64,000 nt of DNA from a virus (IMGVR_UViG_3300017903_002946:16570-80569); one strand, 5' to 3'; numbered from the stretch's first letter, positions 20,409 to 29,157 are shown. The notes: generated by a model from the letters alone, not told the origin. Made by a program: numbers and translations.

Positions 20409-20786
20409 ATGACTCAATCATTCAACATTCCCGACAGCATCTCACCGGAGGTGCTTCAAAAGCACCTTAAAAATGCAGTAGTCGATGAACCTATCAATGA
20501 TTTGCCTGAAGATCTTTTTGATCAAGCAGAGCATTGGGTACAGCAAGCTTCATCCAACTCGGACAACCCCATGATTGTCCATAAGTTGATGATTATTGCT
20601 ATCGTCGATCGCATGATTCAGTTCCACGAAGGTATTGCTGAACGTATGGATGAAAAGGGTGATGGGAGACAAGCTGGAGTTTGGCTCAAAGATGCTGGTA
20701 AGTTCCAGGCCATTATGAACATTCTTCAGACGATCGAATGTGGCCCTGATGACCCTATTTGTACTTCTTGTAGTGGTCACCACTAA
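20409..20786 (+). CDS. Hypothetical protein
   Basis: 125 aa ORF between hairpins. Confidence 0.65.
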   Translation: MTQSFNIPDSISPEVLQKHLKNAVVDEPINDLPEDLFDQAEHWVQQASSNSDNPMIVHKLMIIAIVDRMIQFHEGIAERMDEKGDGRQAGVWLKDAGKFQAIMNILQTIECGPDDPICTSCSGHH

Positions 20787-20843
20787 ACACTTTGCCGCTT
20801 AACAGCGGCTTTCTTTTTTTATGTTCTTTATCAAAGTTTCACT

Positions 20844-21326
20844 TTGACTAACACTCAAACTCGCTACGCTCAGTTCAACGCTCTCACCGTCACTGGACGT
20901 ATTTTCAACGCTGAGATCGTGACGCAAGCTGACGGCAGCCAGTTTTTGGCTGTATCCGTTATCAGCACTGCTACCACTGATGGCGCAGACTTGGTGTATA
21001 ACTTCACCAACAACAACGGCCTTATGGGCCTTCACGAGAAGGGCTATTTCGGTAAGGGCCGTCAGGTGACTATCACTGGTCACATCAAAAATGTCAGTGA
21101 GGTCTACACCGACAAGTCTGGCCAAGTGCGTATGCGCAAGCGTCCCGAGATCAGCCTCATTGGAGTGACTGTTCTTGACGGTGGCCTTGGACCTATGCCT
21201 AAAGTTGAGAACAACGTACGTTCTGTTGCAGGCTCTGTTGTCACTCAAGTTGGCACTCCTGCTATTGATGACACTCCTGACTACAGTTCAGAGGCAGAGC
21301 AACAGGAAGAGGTTGCTCTTTATTGA
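20844..21326 (+). CDS. SSB-like OB-fold protein
   Basis: LTVTGRI...GKGRQVTITGHI pattern and an acidic C-terminal tail. Confidence 0.6.
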   Translation: MTNTQTRYAQFNALTVTGRIFNAEIVTQADGSQFLAVSVISTATTDGADLVYNFTNNNGLMGLHEKGYFGKGRQVTITGHIKNVSEVYTDKSGQVRMRKRPEISLIGVTVLDGGLGPMPKVENNVRSVAGSVVTQVGTPAIDDTPDYSSEAEQQEEVALY

Positions 21327-21423
21327 ATAAATTCCTGGCCGTGTATCCCACGGCTGGGATTTTTCTTTTTTCAAACTATAAACATTAATCAGAACCACGC
21401 AGCAGGATTATAAGTAGCAAGCT

Positions 21424-22509
21424 TTAAGCAAATCTGTTGCTCATTAGCTTGTTATATGCAAGACCCAGCTTCTCCATAGCCTTTTCTGTACCTGGACGTC
21501 TGACAACAGTGACTATTCCAGTCTTATCCCGTCCTTGTAAACCTTGTTTAAACAGCTCACGTTCTTTTCGTGCAGCAGCATTACGTGCATCCATTGCTTC
21601 ACGGCTAGATCTGATTTGATCAGTACCAATAACATTGGCTGCTGCTTGAACAGCATTTGTTGTACCGTAAGCAGCATTTGTCGCTGCATTTACGTGAGAT
21701 GGGTTAGTTAACTTGTTATGCCATGCAGCAACGGTACTACCACGACCAGTCGGGTGGTACATCGTACTTTTCAAGTCTTTAGCACTGACATTAAGAGCAG
21801 CATCTGCTGACAATATTGTCGCTAACTCTTTTAAAAATGGTAGATCTACTTCACCTGCAAAACGAGACATTCGCAATTGCGGCGTTACTTGATCAACTAA
21901 CGAATGAATAGCATCAGCATTACTAGTCCCAGGCAAAATAATATGTGCACCATGAGCACCTTCACCTTTGAAGAACTGACGATTAATCGGATCAAAGTGG
22001 GCAATGTTATGAGCTGGCGCAGAAAGAGGTATCAATCCGCTGTATGCCTGACTAGTAATGGGCAATTCCTTGCCAGCACCATATAACGTGTCACCCCAGT
22101 TTTCATATGACTGATTACCTGTAATAGTAGCAACTGACCCAGCAGGCACACCATGATGAATTTCACCTCCATGCCAACCCCTAATCATATTCATCTCAGA
22201 TGCAGTCTTATTTAAAGGGCCACGAACCAAACTAAGTGCCGTCTCAAACGGTACGTCCTTTAATTCAGGATTCTCCTTATACAACTGCTGGACTTTATTT
22301 AACACAGGTTCAAACAAAGCAGTAGATTCAGCATTCAATAAGTTGTTTGCTCTACTAATATCTTGACGAATTCGTGGGTTTAATGACCTGCCATCAGACA
22401 TTAGCTTCGATGCAAGTACGTTGTACAACATCACCTTTGACTGATAGTTAGGGTCGTTTGTAATTAACTTGTGATTAATAGCCTTATTACCTTGCCAAAG
22501 TTTTCCCAC
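21424..22509 (-). CDS. Antisense-oriented protein with possible HNH-like nuclease motif
   Basis: 361 aa; EIHHGVP...LIPLSAPAHNIAH. Confidence 0.55.
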   Translation of the reverse strand: MGKLWQGNKAINHKLITNDPNYQSKVMLYNVLASKLMSDGRSLNPRIRQDISRANNLLNAESTALFEPVLNKVQQLYKENPELKDVPFETALSLVRGPLNKTASEMNMIRGWHGGEIHHGVPAGSVATITGNQSYENWGDTLYGAGKELPITSQAYSGLIPLSAPAHNIAHFDPINRQFFKGEGAHGAHIILPGTSNADAIHSLVDQVTPQLRMSRFAGEVDLPFLKELATILSADAALNVSAKDLKSTMYHPTGRGSTVAAWHNKLTNPSHVNAATNAAYGTTNAVQAAANVIGTDQIRSSREAMDARNAAARKERELFKQGLQGRDKTGIVTVVRRPGTEKAMEKLGLAYNKLMSNRFA

Positions 22510-22629
22510 TCATATACATACCTATGTTTATTTAATTCGCATAAGTATCAACATCTACTATTTGATTGTATAAACTTTTGGGACGCTAATTAGCGTCTCT
22601 CGTTATTAACGTCCTTTCAACTATTTCTT

Positions 22630-22857
22630 ATGGACACGCAAATGGTTTTGATTGCTAAATCACAAGTTGAACAACTTCTTGTGCAACTTCAACGAGCAGA
22701 AGGATATTGTTTGAAGGCTCGTCCTGTTAGTTTTCCTATGTCTCGTGAAGATTTATTTGCAGAACCAACTGAGTTTTACTCAGGTGCATCTGGATATGCT
22801 CGGTCTACAATGCGTCAGGTAATTGACACTCTTGAATCACATCTTCAAGATGTTTGA
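22630..22857 (+). CDS. Hypothetical protein
   Basis: 75 aa after the hairpin at 22582. Confidence 0.6.
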   Translation: MDTQMVLIAKSQVEQLLVQLQRAEGYCLKARPVSFPMSREDLFAEPTEFYSGASGYARSTMRQVIDTLESHLQDV

Positions 22858-22865
22858 GCTAGGGT

Positions 22866-22946
22866 AATTACAGGCAGGAAGAAGAACGACGTCACTGCCT
22901 ACCCGATCGGGTTACAGGCATTTTTGTCGTTTCTGTCTGTGTAATT
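22866..22946 (+). ncRNA. Candidate long nested stem-loop RNA upstream of the tRNA cluster
   Basis: Nested pairings AATTA/TAATT, CAGGCAG/CTGTCTG, AACGAC/GTCGTT, TGCCT/AGGCA, ACCCGA/TCGGGT. Confidence 0.4.
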
Positions 22947-22981
22947 GAAAAGGCTGCCTCGTGGTGGCCTTTCCCCCAAAT

Positions 22982-23065
22982 GCCTAGGTGGCGGAATAGG
23001 TAGACGCATCGGACTTAAAATCCGCTGACATTTATGTCGTGCGAGTTCAAGTCTCGCTCTAGGTA
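22982..23065 (+). tRNA. tRNA-Leu(UAA)
   Basis: Cloverleaf GCCTAGG/TCTAGGT, anticodon loop CT-TAA-AA, long variable arm, GTTCAAG T-loop; no encoded CCA. Confidence 0.95.
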
Positions 23066-23104
23066 TTATTTAGTTAAAGTAATTATGTTGAAAGAAATAT
23101 ATAT

Positions 23105-23395
23105 GTGCCGTACAAAAATCCGTGCAAACGTAAACAAGCACGTAAAAAACATCGTCAACATATTAAAGATGAAATAAACAAACGCCTTACTCCATGTGCA
23201 CACTGCGGCGCTTTTGATGTAGCTTTTATGGATTGGCACCATACAGATCCATCTACTAAAGTAGCCTCAGTTAATAGGTTAAAACGTGATTCAACACTTG
23301 AAGCAGCATTAGCTGAATTAGAAAAGTGTATATGTCTTTGTTCTAATTGCCATCGTAAACTTCACTATTACGAGCAATCAAACAAGGTTCCGTAG
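23105..23395 (+). CDS. HNH endonuclease within tRNA cluster
   Basis: CAHC...DWHH...CICLCSNCHRKLH. Confidence 0.8.
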   Translation: MPYKNPCKRKQARKKHRQHIKDEINKRLTPCAHCGAFDVAFMDWHHTDPSTKVASVNRLKRDSTLEAALAELEKCICLCSNCHRKLHYYEQSNKVP

Positions 23396-23459
23396 CTCAG
23401 TTGGATAGAGCATCGCTCTTCTAAAGCGTCGGTCGTTGGTTCGAATCCAACCGGAATCG
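23386..23459 (+). tRNA. tRNA-Arg(UCU)
   Basis: GGTTCCG/CGGAATC acceptor stem, anticodon CT-TCT-AA, TTCGAAT T-loop. Confidence 0.93.
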
Positions 23460-23461
23460 TT

Positions 23462-23534
23462 GCTTCGTTAGCAATCTGGTGAATGCAGCAAACTCATAAT
23501 TTGCCTAAGGCTGGTTCAATCCCAGCACGAAGCA
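23462..23534 (+). tRNA. tRNA with CAU anticodon (Met or Ile2)
   Basis: GCTTCGT/ACGAAGC acceptor stem, GCAAA-CTCATAA-TTTGC anticodon arm. Confidence 0.9.
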
Positions 23535-23580
23535 TATGTATGTTCTATGTACAATTGATAAAGAATCAATTTATCAATAA

Positions 23581-24165
23581 ATGTCTTATCATCAATCTGA
23601 TCACTATAACCCACGTTTTGGTTTTGGTAGACTTGGACGTGTAAATAAAGATGATTTTAGTATTGACGGAAAATCTTGGGAATATCGAAATCCTACAAAC
23701 TATAATGATGATGATGACGGATGGTCTAACTATAACTACAAATACAATAACAATGCCAGTGCAGTAACAAATCCTTTATACGACTATGATTATGGAACTG
23801 TTCGAGATGCTGCAAAAAAACTTGGCATTGGCAACGTTGATGAAAAAGCAGAAGTAGATCAATTACTAAAATATATTCAAGAAGGACCTGAAAAAGAGAC
23901 CAAAGTTAAACAATCTAAAAAAGATAAAAATAAGCCAAAAGCGCAAGAATTTAAAGACGAATACGTAGATAAAATAATTAAAGAAACTAAACCTGAATTA
24001 AGCCAAACTGTTGGTGACGTGACAGGTGGAGATAACAGTATTGTTTCTCCTATAAATCAAGCAAATCCTATTTCAATTAAAGGAGATAGCAATACTGTCT
24101 CACAAGATAGCTCTATTAAGCAAATGATGGACAATTTGACGCAATCCTTACGGTTAGCTTATTAA
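23581..24165 (+). CDS. Hypothetical protein, partial paralog of 1829..2776
   Basis: Shared DAAK..G...Q.LKY and G.V.GGD..IVSPI.Q.NPI.I.G..N.V.QD.SI.Q segments. Confidence 0.7.
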   Translation: MSYHQSDHYNPRFGFGRLGRVNKDDFSIDGKSWEYRNPTNYNDDDDGWSNYNYKYNNNASAVTNPLYDYDYGTVRDAAKKLGIGNVDEKAEVDQLLKYIQEGPEKETKVKQSKKDKNKPKAQEFKDEYVDKIIKETKPELSQTVGDVTGGDNSIVSPINQANPISIKGDSNTVSQDSSIKQMMDNLTQSLRLAY

Positions 24166-24170
24166 AAAGT

Positions 24171-24311
24171 TACGATAAGCTACGATAAGCTACGCTAACT
24201 ACGCTAGCTTCTATATACTGTTTTTAAAAATAAGAGAAGAGAATAATGAGCAGTTCTAATAAAAAAAGACATATATAAAGAACTACTGTAGTTTGCGTAG
24301 TTTTTTGTAGC
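24171..24311. repeat. Iteron/AT-rich element copy B
   Basis: TACGATAAGC x2 then TACGCTAAC TACGCTAGC; 19 nt identical to copy A; inverted CGTAG repeats at the right end. Confidence 0.85.
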
Positions 24312-24489
24312 TTTTAATGTACCCCAATAATTGTTGAAAGCCAGTAAATACAGGCATATTCGAGCAAAAAACCGCTTGTAAAACTTGCTACCCGTAAAAC
24401 AGTAAAACTGTAGATCCACAAAACTATATGACCACAAGTAGCAAGACGTAAACCACTGGTATTATTTATCACCATCTTACAGCGGTCAC

Positions 24490-24630
24490 ATGAAACGAGT
24501 AACAGTTGTGTTTCCGCCTGATCTACACAAGCTTCTCAAGCTCAAGAGTGTCAACGAAGATAGAACAATGAACGACCTCATACTTACAGCTGTACGTAAG
24601 TACATCAGTAAATCTAGTTCAGATATATAA
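24490..24630 (+). CDS. Ribbon-helix-helix (CopG/ParG-like) regulator, 46 aa
   Basis: Hand-translated MKRVTVVFPPDLHKLLKLKSVNEDRTMNDLILTAVRKYI; classic RHH pattern. Confidence 0.75.
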   Translation: MKRVTVVFPPDLHKLLKLKSVNEDRTMNDLILTAVRKYISKSSSDI

Positions 24631-24720
24631 ATATTCCTGCTGAGTTGAACTAGGCGAAATAGGTTTGATGGGCCGCTTACCAGCGGCTTTCACAACGAGT
24701 GTCCAATATATGCATTCAAA

Positions 24721-25662
24721 ATGCCCGCAAATTTCACATCTGGCTGGCTCGGCAACGGCGAACGTGCTTGGCACGGAATGGGTGTCGTCACTGACGGAAC
24801 CTTGCCAGCGCGAGAAGCGTTTGAAACAGCAGACGCACTCTTTACTGTCGAGAAGCGACCACTTTTCTACAACTGCGCAGACGAAGCAGACGGAGTACTT
24901 GAATCGGACGCATTTGCTGTCGTCCGTACCGATTCCGAACGCTTGCTCGGTGTTGTCTCCCGTCAATACGAGATCGTGCAGAACGATTCGCTCCTTCGGA
25001 TGGCCGAGTTCATCCGAGAAGAGGTTGACATGGACTGCGTCATCGTTTTATCGGATGGTGCCAAGGTCTGTTTTACCGCCACACTCCGTGGTGCGGCGAC
25101 GGACATCGTCCCTGGTGACACAGTAAAGCGTCGCATTGTTGGCTACCTCGGTCACGACGGCAAGACTGGCTGTGGCGCTAAGTTCACCAACATCCGTGTT
25201 GTCTGTCAAAACACACTGACTGCAGCACTCGGTGAATCTGGTGCACACAGCAGCATCACTCACAAGAACGGTGCTAACAACAACTTCGATGCTCTTATCA
25301 ATAGCATTGATGTAGCACGTCAGGACTTTGTTACTGAGTGTGAGCTGATGCGTGAGTTCTCGCAGTTTGCTATTACTAGCGCTCAGTTCAATGACTTTGT
25401 TGACCAGGTCTACAATATTGATGAAGGTCAAGTGTTCCGTAAGCGTGACAAAATCACTGCTGCTATGAACCGTGGCTATGGGGTTGAGTACAACCCTGGC
25501 ACTCTGTGGACTGCAGTTAATGCAATCACACAGATCGAGACAAGCACTCGTGGCACTACTGCTGCTAAGGGTCGTGCTCAGTTTGCACGTGGCACCTTCG
25601 GTGTCGGCGCTCAAATCAGCAAGAAAGCATTTGCTGTTGCACGTGAATTAGTATCTGCATAA
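24721..25662 (+). CDS. DUF932 / TIGR03299 phage-plasmid protein
   Basis: AWHGMG...TVEKRP...YEIVQN...TNIRVVCQNTL...GTLWTAVNA. Confidence 0.85.
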   Translation: MPANFTSGWLGNGERAWHGMGVVTDGTLPAREAFETADALFTVEKRPLFYNCADEADGVLESDAFAVVRTDSERLLGVVSRQYEIVQNDSLLRMAEFIREEVDMDCVIVLSDGAKVCFTATLRGAATDIVPGDTVKRRIVGYLGHDGKTGCGAKFTNIRVVCQNTLTAALGESGAHSSITHKNGANNNFDALINSIDVARQDFVTECELMREFSQFAITSAQFNDFVDQVYNIDEGQVFRKRDKITAAMNRGYGVEYNPGTLWTAVNAITQIETSTRGTTAAKGRAQFARGTFGVGAQISKKAFAVARELVSA

Positions 25663-25820
25663 TGACTTGTAAAGAAGCGTTGAATGCTCGTTATAGCGTT
25701 CGAGGTACAAAATCAAATGGTATTAGCGAGTATGCGGTTTCATTGAATTTCTTTGAAGCACAACGCTTCTTTAATTCATTAGTTAGGCGTGGATTTAAAG
25801 CTATTGCTACTCCTCACTAA
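25662..25820 (+). CDS. Small hypothetical protein (52 aa)
   Basis: TAATG coupling to DUF932. Confidence 0.45.
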   Translation: MTCKEALNARYSVRGTKSNGISEYAVSLNFFEAQRFFNSLVRRGFKAIATPH

Positions 25821-25863
25821 TTATTACTTTTGTTATACATTAGTAACTGTTAATTATGAATAA

Positions 25864-26205
25864 ATGCTTAAGCGTATTATTAGCAGTGTCTTTATTGCTG
25901 CTGCCTGTTTCAACACAAGCGCATCCAGTGCAGGAACAATGTTGGCTTCCTGGTATGGTCCGTATTTCCACGGAAGGCTCACAGCCAACGGCGAAATTTA
26001 CAATATGTACGGAATTACCGCCGCACATAAGACCTTACCTTTCGGTACAAAATTACGTGTTTGCTACCAAGGATGCGTGGATGTACGTATCAATGATCGC
26101 GGCCCTTACATTGGGCAGCGTGAGCTTGATTTATCTTACGGGGCAGCAAAAGCCATCGGCTTGATTGAGCCTGGTGTAGCAACTGTCGAGATTACATATA
26201 TTTAA
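25864..26205 (+). CDS. rlpA: RlpA-like lytic transglycosylase (DPBB) with signal peptide
   Basis: ASWYG...TANGE...TAAHKTLPFGT...RINDRGPY...DLSYGAA. Confidence 0.9.
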   Translation: MLKRIISSVFIAAACFNTSASSAGTMLASWYGPYFHGRLTANGEIYNMYGITAAHKTLPFGTKLRVCYQGCVDVRINDRGPYIGQRELDLSYGAAKAIGLIEPGVATVEITYI

Positions 26206-26300
26206 TAACCAGGGCACACAATTGTGTTAAGTCCCTGATATATTAAGAACAAGTTAGGAGTAAACCTAACGCTCCTAACTGTTGTTACTAGGAGATTGAA

Positions 26301-26453
26301 ATGAGTAAAACTATTCGAAACGAAAAGACGCGTGGCTATCTTGATAAGTTGCAAAAGCAACGCGAAACACGCAAGCAAATTCGTGACCTTAAATCATTTG
26401 ATTGGTTGGCTGATATTTTTCCTGACGAACAGCTGATTACAGCTGAAATTTGA
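26301..26453 (+). CDS. Small hypothetical protein (50 aa)
   Basis: GGAG RBS upstream; MSKTIRNEK... Confidence 0.5.
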   Translation: MSKTIRNEKTRGYLDKLQKQRETRKQIRDLKSFDWLADIFPDEQLITAEI

Positions 26454-26549
26454 GCAAATATACCCTGCCTTTGTCAGGGTTTTCTAATTTACAATACTTA
26501 ATGTAGGCTTAACCGCCGAGTAATAACCCGAAACATCGTCTTTTTTAAA

Positions 26550-27635
26550 ATGGCAACTAGCATCATTTCGGGTGCCCAGTCCCGCAAAACAAACTGGGAA
26601 TATTTTTGTGAATGGGTCACTAGTACAAACAATCGCCTCTATGTAGGTTGGTTTGGCGTACTAATGATTCCTACTCTTCTCGCAGCAACTATTTGTTTTA
26701 TTACTGCGTTTGTAGCAGCACCACCTGTCGATATTGATGGAATTCGTGAACCTGTAGCTGGATCTCTGCTTTATGGAAACAACATTATCTCCGGTGCCGT
26801 TGTACCATCCAGCAATGCAATCGGCTTACACTTTTATCCGATCTGGGAAGCAGCAACACTCGACGAGTGGCTGTATAACGGGGGACCTTTCCAACTCACG
26901 GTCTTTCACTTCCTTATCGGTATCTACGCTTACTTGGGACGAGAGTGGGAACTTAGTTACCGACTAGGAATGCGTCCTTGGATTTTCGTAGCATACAGCG
27001 CACCTGTTGCTGCAGCTTCTGCTGTTTTTCTTGTATATCCATTTGGCCAAGGATCTTTCTCTGATGCAATGCCCCTCGGCATCTCCGGAACATTCAACTA
27101 TATGTTTGTCTTCCAGGCTGAACACAATATCCTCATGCATCCCTTCCATATGCTCGGCGTTGCTGGGGTATTTGGTGGCAGTTTGTTTAGTGCTATGCAC
27201 GGAAGTCTGGTTACTTCTTCTCTTATTAGAGAAACGACTGAAGAAGTGAGCCAAAACTATGGCTATAAGTTTGGCCAAGAGGAAGAGACCTACAACATCG
27301 TGGCTGCCCATGGTTACTTTGGTCGCTTGATCTTCCAATACGCCTCCTTCAACAACAGCCGTAGCCTCCACTTCTTCTTGGCTGCCTGGCCTGTTATTGG
27401 CATTTGGTTTACCGCCTTGGGAGTGTCAACCATGGCCTTTAACTTGAACGGTTTCAACTTTAATCAGTCTATTCAATCATCTAAAGGACATGTTATTGAT
27501 ACATGGGCTGATATTTTGAATCGTGCAAGCCTTGGCATGGAAGTAATGCATGAGCGAAATGCTCATAACTTCCCTCTTGATCTTGCTACTGCAGATATTA
27601 CTCCTGTTGCGCTAATTGCACCATCTATTGGTTAA
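26550..27635 (+). CDS. psbA: Photosystem II D1 protein
   Basis: Full-length D1 with the Mn-cluster ligand region intact ([27 protein letters not shown]); RETTEEVSQ fits the viral-type PEST motif. Confidence 0.99.
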   Translation: MATSIISGAQSRKTNWEYFCEWVTSTNNRLYVGWFGVLMIPTLLAATICFITAFVAAPPVDIDGIREPVAGSLLYGNNIISGAVVPSSNAIGLHFYPIWEAATLDEWLYNGGPFQLTVFHFLIGIYAYLGREWELSYRLGMRPWIFVAYSAPVAAASAVFLVYPFGQGSFSDAMPLGISGTFNYMFVFQAEHNILMHPFHMLGVAGVFGGSLFSAMHGSLVTSSLIRETTEEVSQNYGYKFGQEEETYNIVAAHGYFGRLIFQYASFNNSRSLHFFLAAWPVIGIWFTALGVSTMAFNLNGFNFNQSIQSSKGHVIDTWADILNRASLGMEVMHERNAHNFPLDLATADITPVALIAPSIG

Positions 27636-27658
27636 TCATAATGATTAAATTATTTATT

Positions 27659-27685
27659 GCCTCGCTTTCCTGCGGGGCTTTTTTA
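27659..27685 (+). terminator. Probable intrinsic terminator after psbA
   Basis: GCCTCGC-TTTCCT-GCGGGGC followed by TTTTT. Confidence 0.6.
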
Positions 27686-27879
27686 TTAACATCCTGCACT
27701 TTTACATTAAATTCTAATGAGCTTATTACCAGTTGCATCGCTGGGTTTGTTGAGACTTCGTCAGGTAAGGGTACGCTTGATTTCTTCACGTTCACTAAAT
27801 TCTCGCCTAAGATTCATAGTCTTGAAAACGTTAGCATCAAAACAGCAAAAACAATTACTAAACAAATAGGTGTTTGTTA

Positions 27880-28131
27880 ATGAATGAGCTAAATAGAGAG
27901 CAACTTAGAGATTTGATGCATGCTGTAAGACATTATCAATATCACCACATAAGCATTAATAATCCTCGTTATGACGAGTTTTCACATATATTAAATGTAT
28001 TAGAACAAAATTTACCTAATGAAGATATTTCTAGACACAGCAAACACTTCAACAGTGAAGAGATTGTTTTCGACAGGTCTGATAGACGGAGTTACAACGA
28101 ATCCATCATTGATCCGGAAATCTGGAGCTAA
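27880..28131 (+). CDS. Hypothetical protein overlapping the talC start
   Basis: 83 aa ORF overlapping talC by 113 nt in another frame. Confidence 0.4.
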   Translation: MNELNREQLRDLMHAVRHYQYHHISINNPRYDEFSHILNVLEQNLPNEDISRHSKHFNSEEIVFDRSDRRSYNESIIDPEIWS

Positions 28132-28672
28132 TCCACTTGATGTGTATGCTGAAATGCAATCTTTTGGAGTACCTGATATTAGTATGGAAGTTTCTGGTAC
28201 TGCAGATGAAATGTATGATGAAGCTCAAAGTTTATCTAGTCAATTTGGGGATGTAGCGACGATTAAACTTCCAATGACAGTTGATGGGTTAAATGTTACT
28301 CGTCAATTAAGCCAACAAAATATTCGCACTAATGTTACTTTAGTTTTTACTATTCCTCAAGCAATTCTTGCGGCAAAAGCAGGTGCTACGTATGTATCTC
28401 CTTTTGTTGGACGTTTAGATGATCAACAAATTGCAGGCCTTGAAGTTGTTCGAGGTATTGCAAGTCTTTATCAAATGAAAAACGTTCGCACTAAAGTATT
28501 AGCAGCATCTATTCGAGATGTACATCGTGCTGTACGTTCTTTTTACAATGGAGCTGATGTAGTTACTATGCCTCCAACTGTATTTGAAAGAATGTCAGAT
28601 CATATTCTTACTGATGCAGGATTAGAAATTTTTAATGCAGATATTGCCGCAATAGCTCAAAATAATCACTAA
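28019..28672 (+). CDS. talC: Transaldolase (TalC family)
   Basis: MKIFLDTA, GVTTNPSL, IKLP (Schiff-base Lys), NVTLVF, YVSPFVGRLDD. Confidence 0.97.
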   Translation: MKIFLDTANTSTVKRLFSTGLIDGVTTNPSLIRKSGANPLDVYAEMQSFGVPDISMEVSGTADEMYDEAQSLSSQFGDVATIKLPMTVDGLNVTRQLSQQNIRTNVTLVFTIPQAILAAKAGATYVSPFVGRLDDQQIAGLEVVRGIASLYQMKNVRTKVLAASIRDVHRAVRSFYNGADVVTMPPTVFERMSDHILTDAGLEIFNADIAAIAQNNH

Positions 28673-28697
28673 ACTTAATAAAGTTATTATATTTACT

Positions 28698-28889
28698 ATG
28701 ACTGTTACTAATGAAGATGGCGGACGCCAAAACGTATTCGCTAAAGAACCAAAAATGAATGTGATGGATGTCACTGTTACGCATAACGAAAAAGCAGAAA
28801 TGTTAAATGGAAGGCTCGCAATGCTTGGCATTATTGCTGCCCTTGGTGCTTACGCAACTACTGGACAAGTCATCCCCGGTATTTTTTAA
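28698..28889 (+). CDS. hli: High-light inducible protein
   Basis: AEMLNGRLAMLG chlorophyll-binding motif, TGQVIPGIF C-terminus. Confidence 0.95.
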   Translation: MTVTNEDGGRQNVFAKEPKMNVMDVTVTHNEKAEMLNGRLAMLGIIAALGAYATTGQVIPGIF

Positions 28890-29004
28890 TTGGAGTAATG
28901 GATTTTATTCAGGACCTTCAATAATGATTAAAGTTGCAAAATGGTAATACTCAACTAAAGAGTTATATAGTTATGATTAAAGCAACGTTATTCGATACTA
29001 AATT

Positions 29005-29157
29005 ATGTCTTTAGGAGATGAAGCTGCAGCTGCCTCAACACGATATACTCGTCGCCCTATTGTAGGCAATTCACCAGCAAAAGTAGAAGAAACTCCAGTT
29101 GTAGAAGAAACTGTAGTAGAAACTCCTGTTGAAACTGCTAATACTGACCAACAATAA
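29005..29157 (+). CDS. Small acidic protein (50 aa)
   Basis: Hand-translated MSLGDEAAAAS...VEETPVVEETVVETPVET. Confidence 0.5.
   Translation: MSLGDEAAAASTRYTRRPIVGNSPAKVEETPVVEETVVETPVETANTDQQ

Larger units (their letters stand above)
15683..21354 (+). repeat. Array of conserved intergenic hairpins (6-bp GC stem, mostly TAWC loop, TTT tail, downstream TGTTCTTT)
   Basis: Stems at 15693, 15923, 16109, 16394, 16786, 17108, 18646, 18926, 19222, 19910, 20091, 20363, 20794, 21338; further copies at 22582, 24672, 30814, 45879. Confidence 0.85.

Noticed and set aside
15683-21354. Hairpin array or 42-bp repeat as a CRISPR array
   Set aside because: The repeats are not identical, the intervals are whole genes of variable length, and no cas genes are present. 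The 40404 nuclease is a typical phage PD-(D/E)xK exonuclease.
25048-26164. ORFs 25048..25614 (-), 24665..25126 (+) and 25856..26164 (+)
   Set aside because: Shadow frames of DUF932 and RlpA, which carry the recognisable motifs.
26550-27635. Intron or defective D1 variant in psbA
   Set aside because: The frame is continuous and full length, and the Mn-cluster ligand motifs are intact.
27641-27880. 79-aa ORF with a lipobox-like LTSC after psbA
   Set aside because: Its 5' end runs through the probable psbA terminator and no other support was found. It is possible but not called.
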